This document shows, in pieces, positions 10,489-28,119 of a stretch of DNA of 64,000 nt; position 1 is the first letter of the stretch, and each line of letters begins with the position of its first letter. The position numbers and the translations under genes were made by a program. The stretch lies in the sequence record OP953026.1; one strand, written 5' to 3'. The notes under the pieces are model-generated. The model saw only the letters and a list, made by a program, of their open reading frames with translations. It did not search any database and was not told where the DNA came from.

Positions 10489-12141
10489 TTAATCCCTTTG
10501 TTTGGGTTCCCCAGTCATGTACCGAAGAGTTAAATTGAGTGTATGGACACCAACACTAAATGCCAGTCGACCATCGGCATGTATATATGCAATACGTTTC
10601 TTAAAGAAAGCATCTGTTTCAGCGATAGCTTCCTCTGAATAAACTGCGTTAAATGATACAGTGTCCCCGTCGAAATCCGCCCCCAATGGCGCGAGAATAG
10701 AAGGAGAGATGGATACTGAGTCATGCCACTGGGCTGGTTTATTTAATTCAAACACAGGGAATTCTAAGGCTGGTTCCAACGTATCATCACGTTCCCATTG
10801 ATCATTTAACGGATAACGTAATTCACCCACTACGGTTGTTTTAACATACATCTTACAGGGGATAGAGCTATTGTAGTTTTCTACAGGATATCGTGTAACA
10901 AACGCTGAGTTTGTTCGCCACATACTTAATCCACTAAGGTAAACTAATTCGGCATAAGTAATAGGTCTAACAAATTTCTTATTTAGATTAGTAGGTAACT
11001 CATCGATGTTGCGGAATATTTTAAAATTCTGTTTATCATCAACGTAAATAAGGGCTAGATAATGATCAGCAATTTCAATTGCACGTGAGCGTTTTTCAAT
11101 GACATCTAGCTCATTGATGATTTGTTCTTGCCCTTCAGGAGTTCCCCATAAATCCATATCTTCGTTAGAGATATCGACCCATTCTAAACGTAGTGTTTTC
11201 TTATTGATGAGCTGTACAGTGTTAGTAACTGTATCAAACACTTCACCAACTACACCTTGCCTTAGTGCAAAGATTGTACGCGGTGCAACTGAACGAGCTG
11301 CTTGATGTAAGCCAACTACGGCATCTTTGAATGTTGGTCGATTAGGTGAATCAAGATCAGCAGCATTAGTATCTAGCGAACTAATGACGTTACGTGTACC
11401 ATTGGCAATACGACGGGATGCCCATTTAGATTGAATGTATCCACGTTTACCGGATAGCAGTCGTTCATAATGTTCATAAATAGCTAATACGGTGTTTTGC
11501 ATTGCTACTCGTTTGCGATCATAGATACTCAAGTCATCATTTGGTCCAAAGCTATCAGGTACACCAAACGACTGATTTAATAGATACCTATAGTGTTCAT
11601 TGATCTCATCCATCTCAACACGATTATTCTCATCAATCTCTGCATCACGATAAGCGGCTGGTGTTACAAGCATGTCTTTAAAAATACAGTTATCTTTATA
11701 TTTTTCGATTAATTGTAACCTTGATAGCCGAACCCCTGACTTAGTGGACCCAAAGTCAATTCGTTTCCAGTTATCAAAAAAGAATGTATAACCAGTTTTA
11801 CCAGTTAGTTCATCGGCGCGGATAAAATCTTTAATAGATTCGTCAAATACTGCAAATGCCTTACCAAGAATAATTTCTTCATAGAAAGCTTTTAATTTAA
11901 TTAAGTTTCGATATACAGCTGGATGGATAAGTTCTAAACCTAAATGAATATATCCAAATAAACTCTCACGATCAGTTGATCCAACTCTTCCAAAAATGGA
12001 AACAGAGAACAAACCATCTTCATGAAAGTTACCACCTAAACCTTCAAATATCTCATGACTCTTTACTTGACCTAAGAACTTTAATTGTTCTTTAGTGGGA
12101 ATAAGTAAAGAAATATTAAAAGGAACTAATGCCTTCTTCAT
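10489..12141 (-). CDS. rpoC: virion RNA polymerase beta' subunit carrying the catalytic site, phiKZ gp180-like
   Basis: Catalytic GADFDGD motif; N-terminal EDGLFSVSIFG...GYIHL beta' signature; uninterrupted 550 aa. Confidence 0.93.
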   Translation of the reverse strand: MKKALVPFNISLLIPTKEQLKFLGQVKSHEIFEGLGGNFHEDGLFSVSIFGRVGSTDRESLFGYIHLGLELIHPAVYRNLIKLKAFYEEIILGKAFAVFDESIKDFIRADELTGKTGYTFFFDNWKRIDFGSTKSGVRLSRLQLIEKYKDNCIFKDMLVTPAAYRDAEIDENNRVEMDEINEHYRYLLNQSFGVPDSFGPNDDLSIYDRKRVAMQNTVLAIYEHYERLLSGKRGYIQSKWASRRIANGTRNVISSLDTNAADLDSPNRPTFKDAVVGLHQAARSVAPRTIFALRQGVVGEVFDTVTNTVQLINKKTLRLEWVDISNEDMDLWGTPEGQEQIINELDVIEKRSRAIEIADHYLALIYVDDKQNFKIFRNIDELPTNLNKKFVRPITYAELVYLSGLSMWRTNSAFVTRYPVENYNSSIPCKMYVKTTVVGELRYPLNDQWERDDTLEPALEFPVFELNKPAQWHDSVSISPSILAPLGADFDGDTVSFNAVYSEEAIAETDAFFKKRIAYIHADGRLAFSVGVHTLNLTLRYMTGEPKQRD

Positions 12142-12216
12142 TTTCTATTTTCCTATTTTGGTAATACTAAGTTAAACAACGATATGATACTTTACTAATC
12201 GTCAATGGAGTTTAAT

Positions 12217-20980
<8,764 letters not shown>

Positions 20981-21038
20981 ATACTTGGAATAGTTATTTA
21001 TTGTAACCATTCTTAAACCAATGTAATAGGTAATTAAC

Positions 21039-21344
21039 ATGTCTCTACTTAAAAAGATCGGTCTAGCTTTAATTGGATCAGAAGGACGTAAGGAAGTTTT
21101 TGAACAAGAATTAACTAAACTATCAAATTCTAATGCAGTTATTGATCAAATGGTGATTAATTTACTGGGTAGTAAGAAGAAGTTAGATGACTTCCTAATT
21201 AAAGCTGAAGAAATTGATAATAAGAAACTAGGCTTCATTAAAAATCGAGCCGAACTTATTAAACTAGTCAAATCTAAATATTCACAAGACCCTCGGGTTG
21301 CCGATGTAGTAGTGTCACTTTACATTGGTGGTTTCATTTATTGA
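21039..21344 (+). CDS. hypothetical protein
   Basis: 101 aa ORF with an AGGT RBS. Confidence 0.7.
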   Translation: MSLLKKIGLALIGSEGRKEVFEQELTKLSNSNAVIDQMVINLLGSKKKLDDFLIKAEEIDNKKLGFIKNRAELIKLVKSKYSQDPRVADVVVSLYIGGFIY

Positions 21345-21351
21345 GGTAAGT

Positions 21352-22044
21352 ATGTCTAAACCTAATCTTGAGTGGTTAGCTTCCTTAGAAAGTAAAGAAG
21401 CTAAGAGTACAGTAGATTCTTCCGATATGGATAATGATCAAAAGGAAGGTAGCGATAAGTCTCAACAAGATGAAGCTACTGAACCTGAGAAGAAAATTAC
21501 TGCAACTGATGTACAAATTGCAATTGAAGAATATGCGCGTATCCGTGCATTAACCACTACTAAAGATCTTCCAACTGACCCTGAACCAGGTGATACTTAT
21601 CATGTAAATGGGGTAGATTGGATTTATCAAGAAGATGGTGGATGGGTAACTATGCAAGGTATTTATGGCCATGAACATTTTGATGAAAATGGTCTAAATA
21701 TTGAAGCAAGTGGTATTGATCAGAAATCAGGTGCAACTAAACGTTATGTGGTAACTGGTTATAATGCTCAGACTAACCCAGCTGCTATGCCTGGTGATAA
21801 TCTGACTGAATGTGTTATCCTAATGCAGAATGGACTTGTTCCAGAAGTTGGTGTAAATGGCCTAACTGCTGACTGTCTACTTAAAATCGTTAAAGATTTA
21901 TTTGAAGGTTATCAAGCAGGCCCATTTGCATGTGAAGAGAATCAGGTAGTGATTAATTCAATGGACCGTGCTCTTAGTGCAATTCATCAACGCCTCGTAA
22001 GACGTAAAGAACAAGGTACTGAAGGTACCTATAGTGGTAATTGA
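21352..22044 (+). CDS. probable virion protein (gp184-like) with C-terminal Acb2/Tad1-family cyclic-nucleotide sponge domain
   Basis: GAGGT RBS before ATG 21352. The C-terminal ~105 aa (NGLTADCLLKIVKDLFEGYQAGPFACEENQ...HQRLVRRKEQGTEGT) match the recalled Acb2/Tad1 signature. Confidence 0.8.
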   Translation: MSKPNLEWLASLESKEAKSTVDSSDMDNDQKEGSDKSQQDEATEPEKKITATDVQIAIEEYARIRALTTTKDLPTDPEPGDTYHVNGVDWIYQEDGGWVTMQGIYGHEHFDENGLNIEASGIDQKSGATKRYVVTGYNAQTNPAAMPGDNLTECVILMQNGLVPEVGVNGLTADCLLKIVKDLFEGYQAGPFACEENQVVINSMDRALSAIHQRLVRRKEQGTEGTYSGN

Positions 22045-22045
22045 C

Positions 22046-22112
22046 ATAAATGCCTCCCTTCGGGGAGGCTTTATTTCGTATTAAAAAAAATTTGAGATTT
22101 ATATTACTAGTG
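22046..22112 (+). promoter_or_regulatory. terminator plus early promoter cassette
   Basis: GCCTCCC-TTCG-GGGAGGC (22052-22069) with TTTATTT, then TTTGAGATTTATATTAC (TATATTAC 22100-22107), the phiKZ early promoter motif. Confidence 0.8.
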
Positions 22113-22152
22113 TGTAATTAGGAAACCATCTATCTAGTAAAGAGGAATCACA

Positions 22153-22707
22153 ATGAGCGTTGTAATTTTCACTGCCAGACCTATTGGTTATAAAGTTCCT
22201 GGCGCTAATTCCACTGTAAATAAGTTTGCACTAAATACAGCTAATGCACCTAGTGTATATAGTTCTTCACCAGGATCACCAATTACTGCTCAGGAGAGTA
22301 GTTGTATCTATACACTCACTTCAAATCATGAGTTAATCGCTGGGGACACCGATAAAGATAACTCCCTAATGAGTTTCAAACTAGTGCTTGCGTATAATAA
22401 CGATACAGCTAATTATCTAATTAGTACGCAGGTTATTGATAGTATCGATAAACTAAAAGGAGTGGAAATTATTAGTGAACTCAGTTTCAGTGTAATTGAT
22501 ACTGGTGCACATATGATCCGTAGAGTGAATTCGATCGGTGTATGTGAGGCTGTCGCCGCTCGATGGTCTCCAGTTGCAATTGAACACGTGGCTAAAGCAA
22601 CCGAGCGTGAGCACCCTGGTACTCCCATCGGTGATGTTCGTGAGATGATCGACTCTGGTGAAGACCTGGGTGACGTATGTACTTCATATATCAAATCGAG
22701 TAACTAG
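22153..22707 (+). CDS. hypothetical early protein
   Basis: 184 aa, GAGGA RBS, first gene after an early promoter. Confidence 0.75.
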   Translation: MSVVIFTARPIGYKVPGANSTVNKFALNTANAPSVYSSSPGSPITAQESSCIYTLTSNHELIAGDTDKDNSLMSFKLVLAYNNDTANYLISTQVIDSIDKLKGVEIISELSFSVIDTGAHMIRRVNSIGVCEAVAARWSPVAIEHVAKATEREHPGTPIGDVREMIDSGEDLGDVCTSYIKSSN

Positions 22708-22708
22708 C

Positions 22709-22951
22709 ATGGTAGATAAAGACAAAACAATGGTAGATTTGATTAAGTCAGCGCAAGAACTGACTTCACATCTTGGACCACTGAATAAAGTATTAACTAC
22801 CATTAATCTAATTGGTATGCCAGATGCTTTAAAAGAAGTAGTTAAACTCCCCGATGTAAAATGTGTTGTATATAAACGACCATTAACTGATAATCTAATT
22901 AAGGTTGTCTTTAATGATGGTAGTTGCTTTGTGATAAAAGATGTAAATTAA
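22709..22951 (+). CDS. hypothetical protein
   Basis: ORF track 22658..22951; ATG 22709 follows the previous stop. Confidence 0.65.
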   Translation: MVDKDKTMVDLIKSAQELTSHLGPLNKVLTTINLIGMPDALKEVVKLPDVKCVVYKRPLTDNLIKVVFNDGSCFVIKDVN

Positions 22952-22981
22952 ACCACCACCGTAAATAGAGAGAGTACTAAA

Positions 22982-23386
22982 ATGTCCATCGAAACCACCA
23001 AGAAGTTTATCGAAACCCACAACCTAAATGAAAAAGTAAGCATGTCTGATGCCGGGGTATTTGAGATCCCTGACGGTCTATTTGAAGAAGTTGTTCTTCA
23101 ACCAGCAGGCGTTACTGCCGAGCAGTATGCGCAGGTACATGAAGGTGCAGGTCAACTAGCAGCGGCTGTAAGTTATGTATTTGCTGAAAAAGCCGCACCG
23201 TACATGAAAGAAAATGAAAGCATTGCTGAGCTTGGTTATTCTTATAATGCAGGCGGTGCAACTGTTTCTGGTATCATTGATCGCAGTGGTGCTCTTGTAA
23301 CAGTTGTAGATACCAAATATAAGAGTAGCGCTATGACTGACGTTGTTGAAAGTGTAGCCAGCTTCTTTGAAGATGTCAATAGCTAA
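22982..23386 (+). CDS. hypothetical acidic protein
   Basis: 134 aa with a GAGAG RBS; followed by a hairpin at about 23417-23438. Confidence 0.75.
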   Translation: MSIETTKKFIETHNLNEKVSMSDAGVFEIPDGLFEEVVLQPAGVTAEQYAQVHEGAGQLAAAVSYVFAEKAAPYMKENESIAELGYSYNAGGATVSGIIDRSGALVTVVDTKYKSSAMTDVVESVASFFEDVNS

Positions 23387-23416
23387 TATATACTAGCTAT
23401 TTCAATATAATAAGAT

Positions 23417-23449
23417 CAGTGGGTGCATTGCCCACTGGTCATTTTTTAT
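23417..23449 (+). terminator. intrinsic terminator
   Basis: CAGTGGG-TGCATTG-CCCACTG followed by a T tract. Confidence 0.7.
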
Positions 23450-23506
23450 ATTAAAAAAGTTTAATGGCTAAATAGTACATTTTAATAATTTAAGGAACTG
23501 AGTATT

Positions 23507-23836
23507 ATGGCGGATCAGAATTTATTTAAAGAAGTTCATGGTGATAATAAAAAATCACATTCTGACAATATCAAATATAATCTAGTTATTGCAATTGTAC
23601 AAACTGCCCGTCAAAAAGCCATTTCTCAAAAAGTATTGATTGATGATGTTTTCACTAAACTAGGCATCTCTGATGAACTTAGTGAGAATATTAAAATGTT
23701 TAATTTACCAGCTTTAAGCATTGATGTATTAGTTGATGTTCTATATAGCTTAGGTTATAGAGCTTCATTAGAATTATCGCAACAAGATTTAGAAGATAAT
23801 GTTGAAGCAGTAATTAAACTTAAGATGAGGGATTAG
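23507..23836 (+). CDS. putative XRE-like helix-turn-helix protein
   Basis: 109 aa. The ARQKAISQK...LGIS...SIDVLVDVLYSLGYR pattern resembles XRE/HTH_37 proteins. Confidence 0.45.
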   Translation: MADQNLFKEVHGDNKKSHSDNIKYNLVIAIVQTARQKAISQKVLIDDVFTKLGISDELSENIKMFNLPALSIDVLVDVLYSLGYRASLELSQQDLEDNVEAVIKLKMRD

Positions 23837-23838
23837 TA

Positions 23839-24897
23839 ATGAATGGTTTATTTGTATGTATCGAAGGAACTGAAGGTGTTGGTAAAACAACTGTTACAAA
23901 GATGGTTGTTGAGGAACTACGTAAGCGCAATTACGATGTAGTAGCAATGCGTGAACCAGGTGGTACAGCTACATCGGAAAAGATTCGACAAATGTTAATT
24001 TGGCCAGAATTTAAAGATGAAGTTCGTCCGCCAGAATTCGATGTATTGATGCATAGTGCAGGTAGGATGCTTAATGTAGAAAACATTATTCGACCTGCTT
24101 TAAAAGATGATAAAATCGTTATCACTGAACGTTTCATTGCATCTACTTATGCTCTTAATGTAGTACCTTTTGAAGAAACTAATCCATACCTATCAAAACT
24201 ATTTATGGATATTCTTCAAGGAACACTACATTCTATTCCAGAACCGGCTACTTTCTTTTTAACTGCTCCTGAAGAAGTTCGTAAAAAACGAATTGAAATG
24301 CGCGACCGAGGTCTTGACTATTATGAGTCTAAGGGTTCCAGTTACTTTAATAAAGTAGATGAAGGTTATGGACGCTTAATTAATCAACCTAGTTCAATTG
24401 TTGTAGATACCAATCGCGATCTAGACATCATTGTTAATGAGATTGTTGAATCAATTATTTTCCTGCGTGATAAACAGAAAAATAAACAATCATCATTTGA
24501 TGAACAACTAGCTAAAACTACAACTAGTGATCAGTTTGATGATAGTGTAAGTTCTGAAATACCATGGAATGATGAACAGCAAGAAGATACTGTCGCAACA
24601 ACCGATGACACTATTAATTTTGATCTAGATGCTGAAATCAGTAAGTATCTTGATGAAAATATTATCCCTCAGTTATTCGAAGGTGATGATCGTTTCCTTG
24701 CATCTGGTAAGGTTGTGGCACAGAAGTACTGCCAACGAGTTTACGATCAGCTACCTGATAGTGAAAAGCACAAGATGTTCTTAGGTTCAAATAAAGAACG
24801 TCTAAATCAACAAATTCATAGTTTACTTTACTATGGACATCAATTAGATGCATTCATTGCAGAAAATGATCTAATTGGTAAAACACTCTGGAAATAA
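23839..24897 (+). CDS. tmk: thymidylate kinase with long acidic C-terminal extension
   Basis: P-loop IEGTEGVGKTT, REPGGT, ITERF and LID-region motifs. Confidence 0.92.
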   Translation: MNGLFVCIEGTEGVGKTTVTKMVVEELRKRNYDVVAMREPGGTATSEKIRQMLIWPEFKDEVRPPEFDVLMHSAGRMLNVENIIRPALKDDKIVITERFIASTYALNVVPFEETNPYLSKLFMDILQGTLHSIPEPATFFLTAPEEVRKKRIEMRDRGLDYYESKGSSYFNKVDEGYGRLINQPSSIVVDTNRDLDIIVNEIVESIIFLRDKQKNKQSSFDEQLAKTTTSDQFDDSVSSEIPWNDEQQEDTVATTDDTINFDLDAEISKYLDENIIPQLFEGDDRFLASGKVVAQKYCQRVYDQLPDSEKHKMFLGSNKERLNQQIHSLLYYGHQLDAFIAENDLIGKTLWK

Positions 24898-24934
24898 AAT
24901 TAATTTATTATTTCGTAATTGGTGAAGAAATTAA

Positions 24935-25186
24935 ATGAGCACTACCCTGACTCTGAAAGAATCTAAATACATCCCTGCAACTAATCTAGATAACCTAGAA
25001 GATTATATTGGTCGTACTTTTCTAGTCGAACGAAATGGCGTGTCTACAGCGCATAAGCTAATTAAACTCTCTCGCCGAGATGTTTATCTTGGTTATCCGG
25101 ATGGTAGGGAAGATTCATTTACATTGTCTATTAATAAATTCCGGAAGTTTTATAAACTAGCACCATCTAATCGCGATAAAAAATAA
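24935..25186 (+). CDS. hypothetical protein
   Basis: 83 aa ORF followed by a terminator. Confidence 0.7.
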   Translation: MSTTLTLKESKYIPATNLDNLEDYIGRTFLVERNGVSTAHKLIKLSRRDVYLGYPDGREDSFTLSINKFRKFYKLAPSNRDKK

Positions 25187-25197
25187 AATACGATATA

Positions 25198-25228
25198 ATA
25201 GAGTCCCCATTACGGGGACTCTTCTTTA
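25198..25228 (+). terminator. intrinsic terminator
   Basis: AGAGTCCCC-ATTAC-GGGGACTCT followed by TCTTT. Confidence 0.8.
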
Positions 25229-25255
25229 TAATTTTTTTGTTAAAAGGTATATCAA

Positions 25256-25696
25256 GTGTTCAATAGAATTGTTAGAGCTTTTCACATTATCGATAAAGAC
25301 CAATCTAAACATGGTGAACTAGATCTACCACAATGGCCAGCCTATGTATCGGTTACTCCTAAAGTTATCGATATTAGGGATAAAGAATTTAATTATCATG
25401 GTTTTATTTCACATATCAATGCCCCTTTAAAAGTTATAAAACCAGATGAATATATTAAAGCCAGGTATACTTTATCTTCATACTTTATCCATCAGAATGA
25501 AGGAGATGATGATCCAGTTGATGCACCAGGTTTTAGTATTGACATTGAATACAGGTTAGTTACTCAAAATACTAAGACATGGCATTTAGATATCAACATC
25601 ATCACTGATAAATCAATTAGTTACAATATCGAAAGTATTCTAAATGCGGAATTCATGTGTCAATGTCCATTTAATCTTTATATAAACGGTAAATAG
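25256..25696 (+). CDS. hypothetical protein
   Basis: 146 aa, GTG start with an AAAGGT RBS. Confidence 0.7.
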   Translation: MFNRIVRAFHIIDKDQSKHGELDLPQWPAYVSVTPKVIDIRDKEFNYHGFISHINAPLKVIKPDEYIKARYTLSSYFIHQNEGDDDPVDAPGFSIDIEYRLVTQNTKTWHLDINIITDKSISYNIESILNAEFMCQCPFNLYINGK

Positions 25697-25723
25697 CTAA
25701 TCATTTATAATAGAGGAAAGAGT

Positions 25724-26515
25724 ATGTTTAAATCCTTGAACTTTAACTACGCCACTCAACCTTCTACTGAAGGTATCTGTTTGTATATCGGTCATGGCGA
25801 TATTGGACTACTTGAGGGTAATAAATCTTCAACTGGCATTACTAAGAAATTAGAACAATGTCCTTATTACCTACATGTTACTGTTGGTGAATCAAATACA
25901 GCTAACCAATTGACCATTACTGGTTATACTAATAACCAACCTAACATCCGTAGTTGGCATGGTCAAGAAGCTATGGACATTCTGCTGAATAATATCAACA
26001 GCAATAACAATGTGGTGCAACGAGAACTTAACTTTGAAGTACTCATTGAATCAGTTGAACGTAAAGACCCGCGCGTTATTATACTAATGGCGCTAGGTGC
26101 ACTTCCATCTCAAGATTACCCTGGTCATTTTGATGATTTAGCATCCGATAAGCAACTATTCAAACGGGTAGGCTCTTTCATTGATTATAATGAAAAAGAA
26201 TATAGTGATACATACAATACCATTACACGCAAATTATTTAACCTGTGTGGTTGTGGCCATCCAGAAGCAGAATTGCAGTATATTGATGATGTATTGGATA
26301 TATATCGCCAAGGGTGGAATATTTCTAAACGTAATGAATGTGATAAGAAATATGGATTTGGTCCGACTACATTCATGCTACATTATTTAGATAGTCTTGG
26401 ATTTGCCGAGCATGGCACGGGTGCAGCTGGTTGGCTACTCGATGAAGGCGCATGGGTAAGTGTATTAGTAAAATTAGCAATTAAGGAAACCGAGGGTGGA
26501 TGCACTGATGTTTAA
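25724..26515 (+). CDS. conserved phage protein with CGCG.PE and EHG motifs
   Basis: 263 aa, GAGGA RBS. C-terminal LCGCGHPE...YLDSLGFAEHGTGAAGWL pattern resembles a phage hypothetical family. Confidence 0.7.
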   Translation: MFKSLNFNYATQPSTEGICLYIGHGDIGLLEGNKSSTGITKKLEQCPYYLHVTVGESNTANQLTITGYTNNQPNIRSWHGQEAMDILLNNINSNNNVVQRELNFEVLIESVERKDPRVIILMALGALPSQDYPGHFDDLASDKQLFKRVGSFIDYNEKEYSDTYNTITRKLFNLCGCGHPEAELQYIDDVLDIYRQGWNISKRNECDKKYGFGPTTFMLHYLDSLGFAEHGTGAAGWLLDEGAWVSVLVKLAIKETEGGCTDV

Positions 26516-27233
26516 ATTATCGATGCGTATATTCTGTGCAGTATTTCTGATTAGTATTGGCATGTATACTAAAGCTAGTGTTAATTACGAACCACTTGCT
26601 TTTTATGGAGTACCATTATTCTACTCTAATCATACTCCGCGAATTGCTCCATGTAATTTCAATAAGCAATCCAAACTGGGTAGTTGCGGTTGGACCAGTT
26701 ATCCAGAAAATTCAATAATATTGGTGGTTCACCCTAGTGATCCAACTAAACAACTACCTGTTGAATACTCGATGTATCAAGAGGTTATTTGTGAGAATGA
26801 TCAGTGCTATACATCTGATTATCATGAACCATATGGGTATCTATTGGGATTTAAAGGAACTACTTATTGGTCAGTACCAACTGGATACTATTTACTAAAT
26901 GGGCCTAATGGGGTACATGGTGTCAAATTTGGCAATGGTCCCTTAAAAGACACTTATCCTATTCGTGATGTATACATGGTAAATAATGATAGAGTGATTG
27001 ATGGTGAGTATCTTACACTACAAAATACTAGGGGCTTTTATAATGTAGTGTGTAGTCAACTTACACAAATGTGTAAATACTTTGGTAAAGAATATACTTT
27101 ACTAGAACTCAATCAAATTATCCCATTTGTAAAGACCACCACTTGCGATGAATTCCTTTGTTACATCAATAATGATAAAGGTAAGGTTGCAGGCATCAAT
27201 CCAAAACGAAAGGATATTTACGAGGGGCTGTAA
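26508..27233 (+). CDS. predicted secreted Cys-rich protein
   Basis: N-terminal signal-peptide-like MFKLSMRIFCAVFLISIGMYTKA; several Cys. Confidence 0.65.
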   Translation: MFKLSMRIFCAVFLISIGMYTKASVNYEPLAFYGVPLFYSNHTPRIAPCNFNKQSKLGSCGWTSYPENSIILVVHPSDPTKQLPVEYSMYQEVICENDQCYTSDYHEPYGYLLGFKGTTYWSVPTGYYLLNGPNGVHGVKFGNGPLKDTYPIRDVYMVNNDRVIDGEYLTLQNTRGFYNVVCSQLTQMCKYFGKEYTLLELNQIIPFVKTTTCDEFLCYINNDKGKVAGINPKRKDIYEGL

Positions 27234-27595
27234 TGAACATTACCAATATAAAGCTCATCCAAACTATGGATGCTGTATTAGAGGAACTCACGAAATATCA
27301 CGATAACCTCAAGCCTTGTGTAGGTATTAAAATAGAGGTTTCACCATGTGACGCTAAGTGTATACTCTTATCTGAGGATATGGTTCGTAAGGTAGTTATT
27401 GAGATCAATGTAGTTAAACCACTGAATATGCGTGTAACCTATCTCTTTGATGAGAAGATGGTTACTAAGATCAACAAATATAATTCACATTACTACACTG
27501 AATTAGCCAAACAAATAAATACGTTCTTTTCGGATACAAGTATCCCAACACGCACATTCGATTACCATGGATTCTTTGATTATCTTGGATTCTAA
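27233..27595 (+). CDS. hypothetical protein (paralogue set A)
   Basis: 120 aa, TAATG overlap with the previous gene. Confidence 0.7.
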   Translation: MNITNIKLIQTMDAVLEELTKYHDNLKPCVGIKIEVSPCDAKCILLSEDMVRKVVIEINVVKPLNMRVTYLFDEKMVTKINKYNSHYYTELAKQINTFFSDTSIPTRTFDYHGFFDYLGF

Positions 27596-27607
27596 AAGGA
27601 GATTATA

Positions 27608-27964
27608 ATGGGTTCTCTAACTCTTGAAACAGGGCGACAGATTGAGCATCATTTGCTGAATGCAATTAGCATTCATATTAATGCATCCCGGATTGACGCT
27701 ACATTGCGTGAAACAGTTAATGTCATCGATAACCCTGTAACAAAACGATCTATTGCATATGTGGTTGAGAGAGGCAAGGATATCCGCATTGCAGTTTATG
27801 ATACCAGCAATGATCATCTTGGCATGATATCTCATATTGAGTCTGGTGATAGTGAATTTAAAGTTCTTAATATGGCACAGGCTGTTCGGATAACCAAATT
27901 CTCATTGAATCAATTTGATGAGGCAGCAATATGTGCAGTAAGCTGGCTTGCCGGAAATCCATAA
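27608..27964 (+). CDS. hypothetical protein (possibly paralogue set A)
   Basis: 118 aa, AGGAG RBS. Confidence 0.7.
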   Translation: MGSLTLETGRQIEHHLLNAISIHINASRIDATLRETVNVIDNPVTKRSIAYVVERGKDIRIAVYDTSNDHLGMISHIESGDSEFKVLNMAQAVRITKFSLNQFDEAAICAVSWLAGNP

Positions 27965-27999
27965 TACATCATTGATTAAAGTACCACTACAGCTTAATA

Positions 28000-28043
28000 T
28001 TCAATCTCAGTCTAAACACTGATCCAATTAGGCTGAGATTGAA
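28000..28043. other. long intergenic stem-loop
   Basis: TTCAATCTCAGTCTAA / TTAGGCTGAGATTGAA, a 16-bp stem with one G-U pair, 12-nt loop and no U tract. Confidence 0.7.
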
Positions 28044-28119
28044 GACTACTGGGTCAGCTCATTATTGCCTACTTCTAATTTGATATAGGTAAATTATAAA
28101 TACAAAGTCAGGTAATGTC

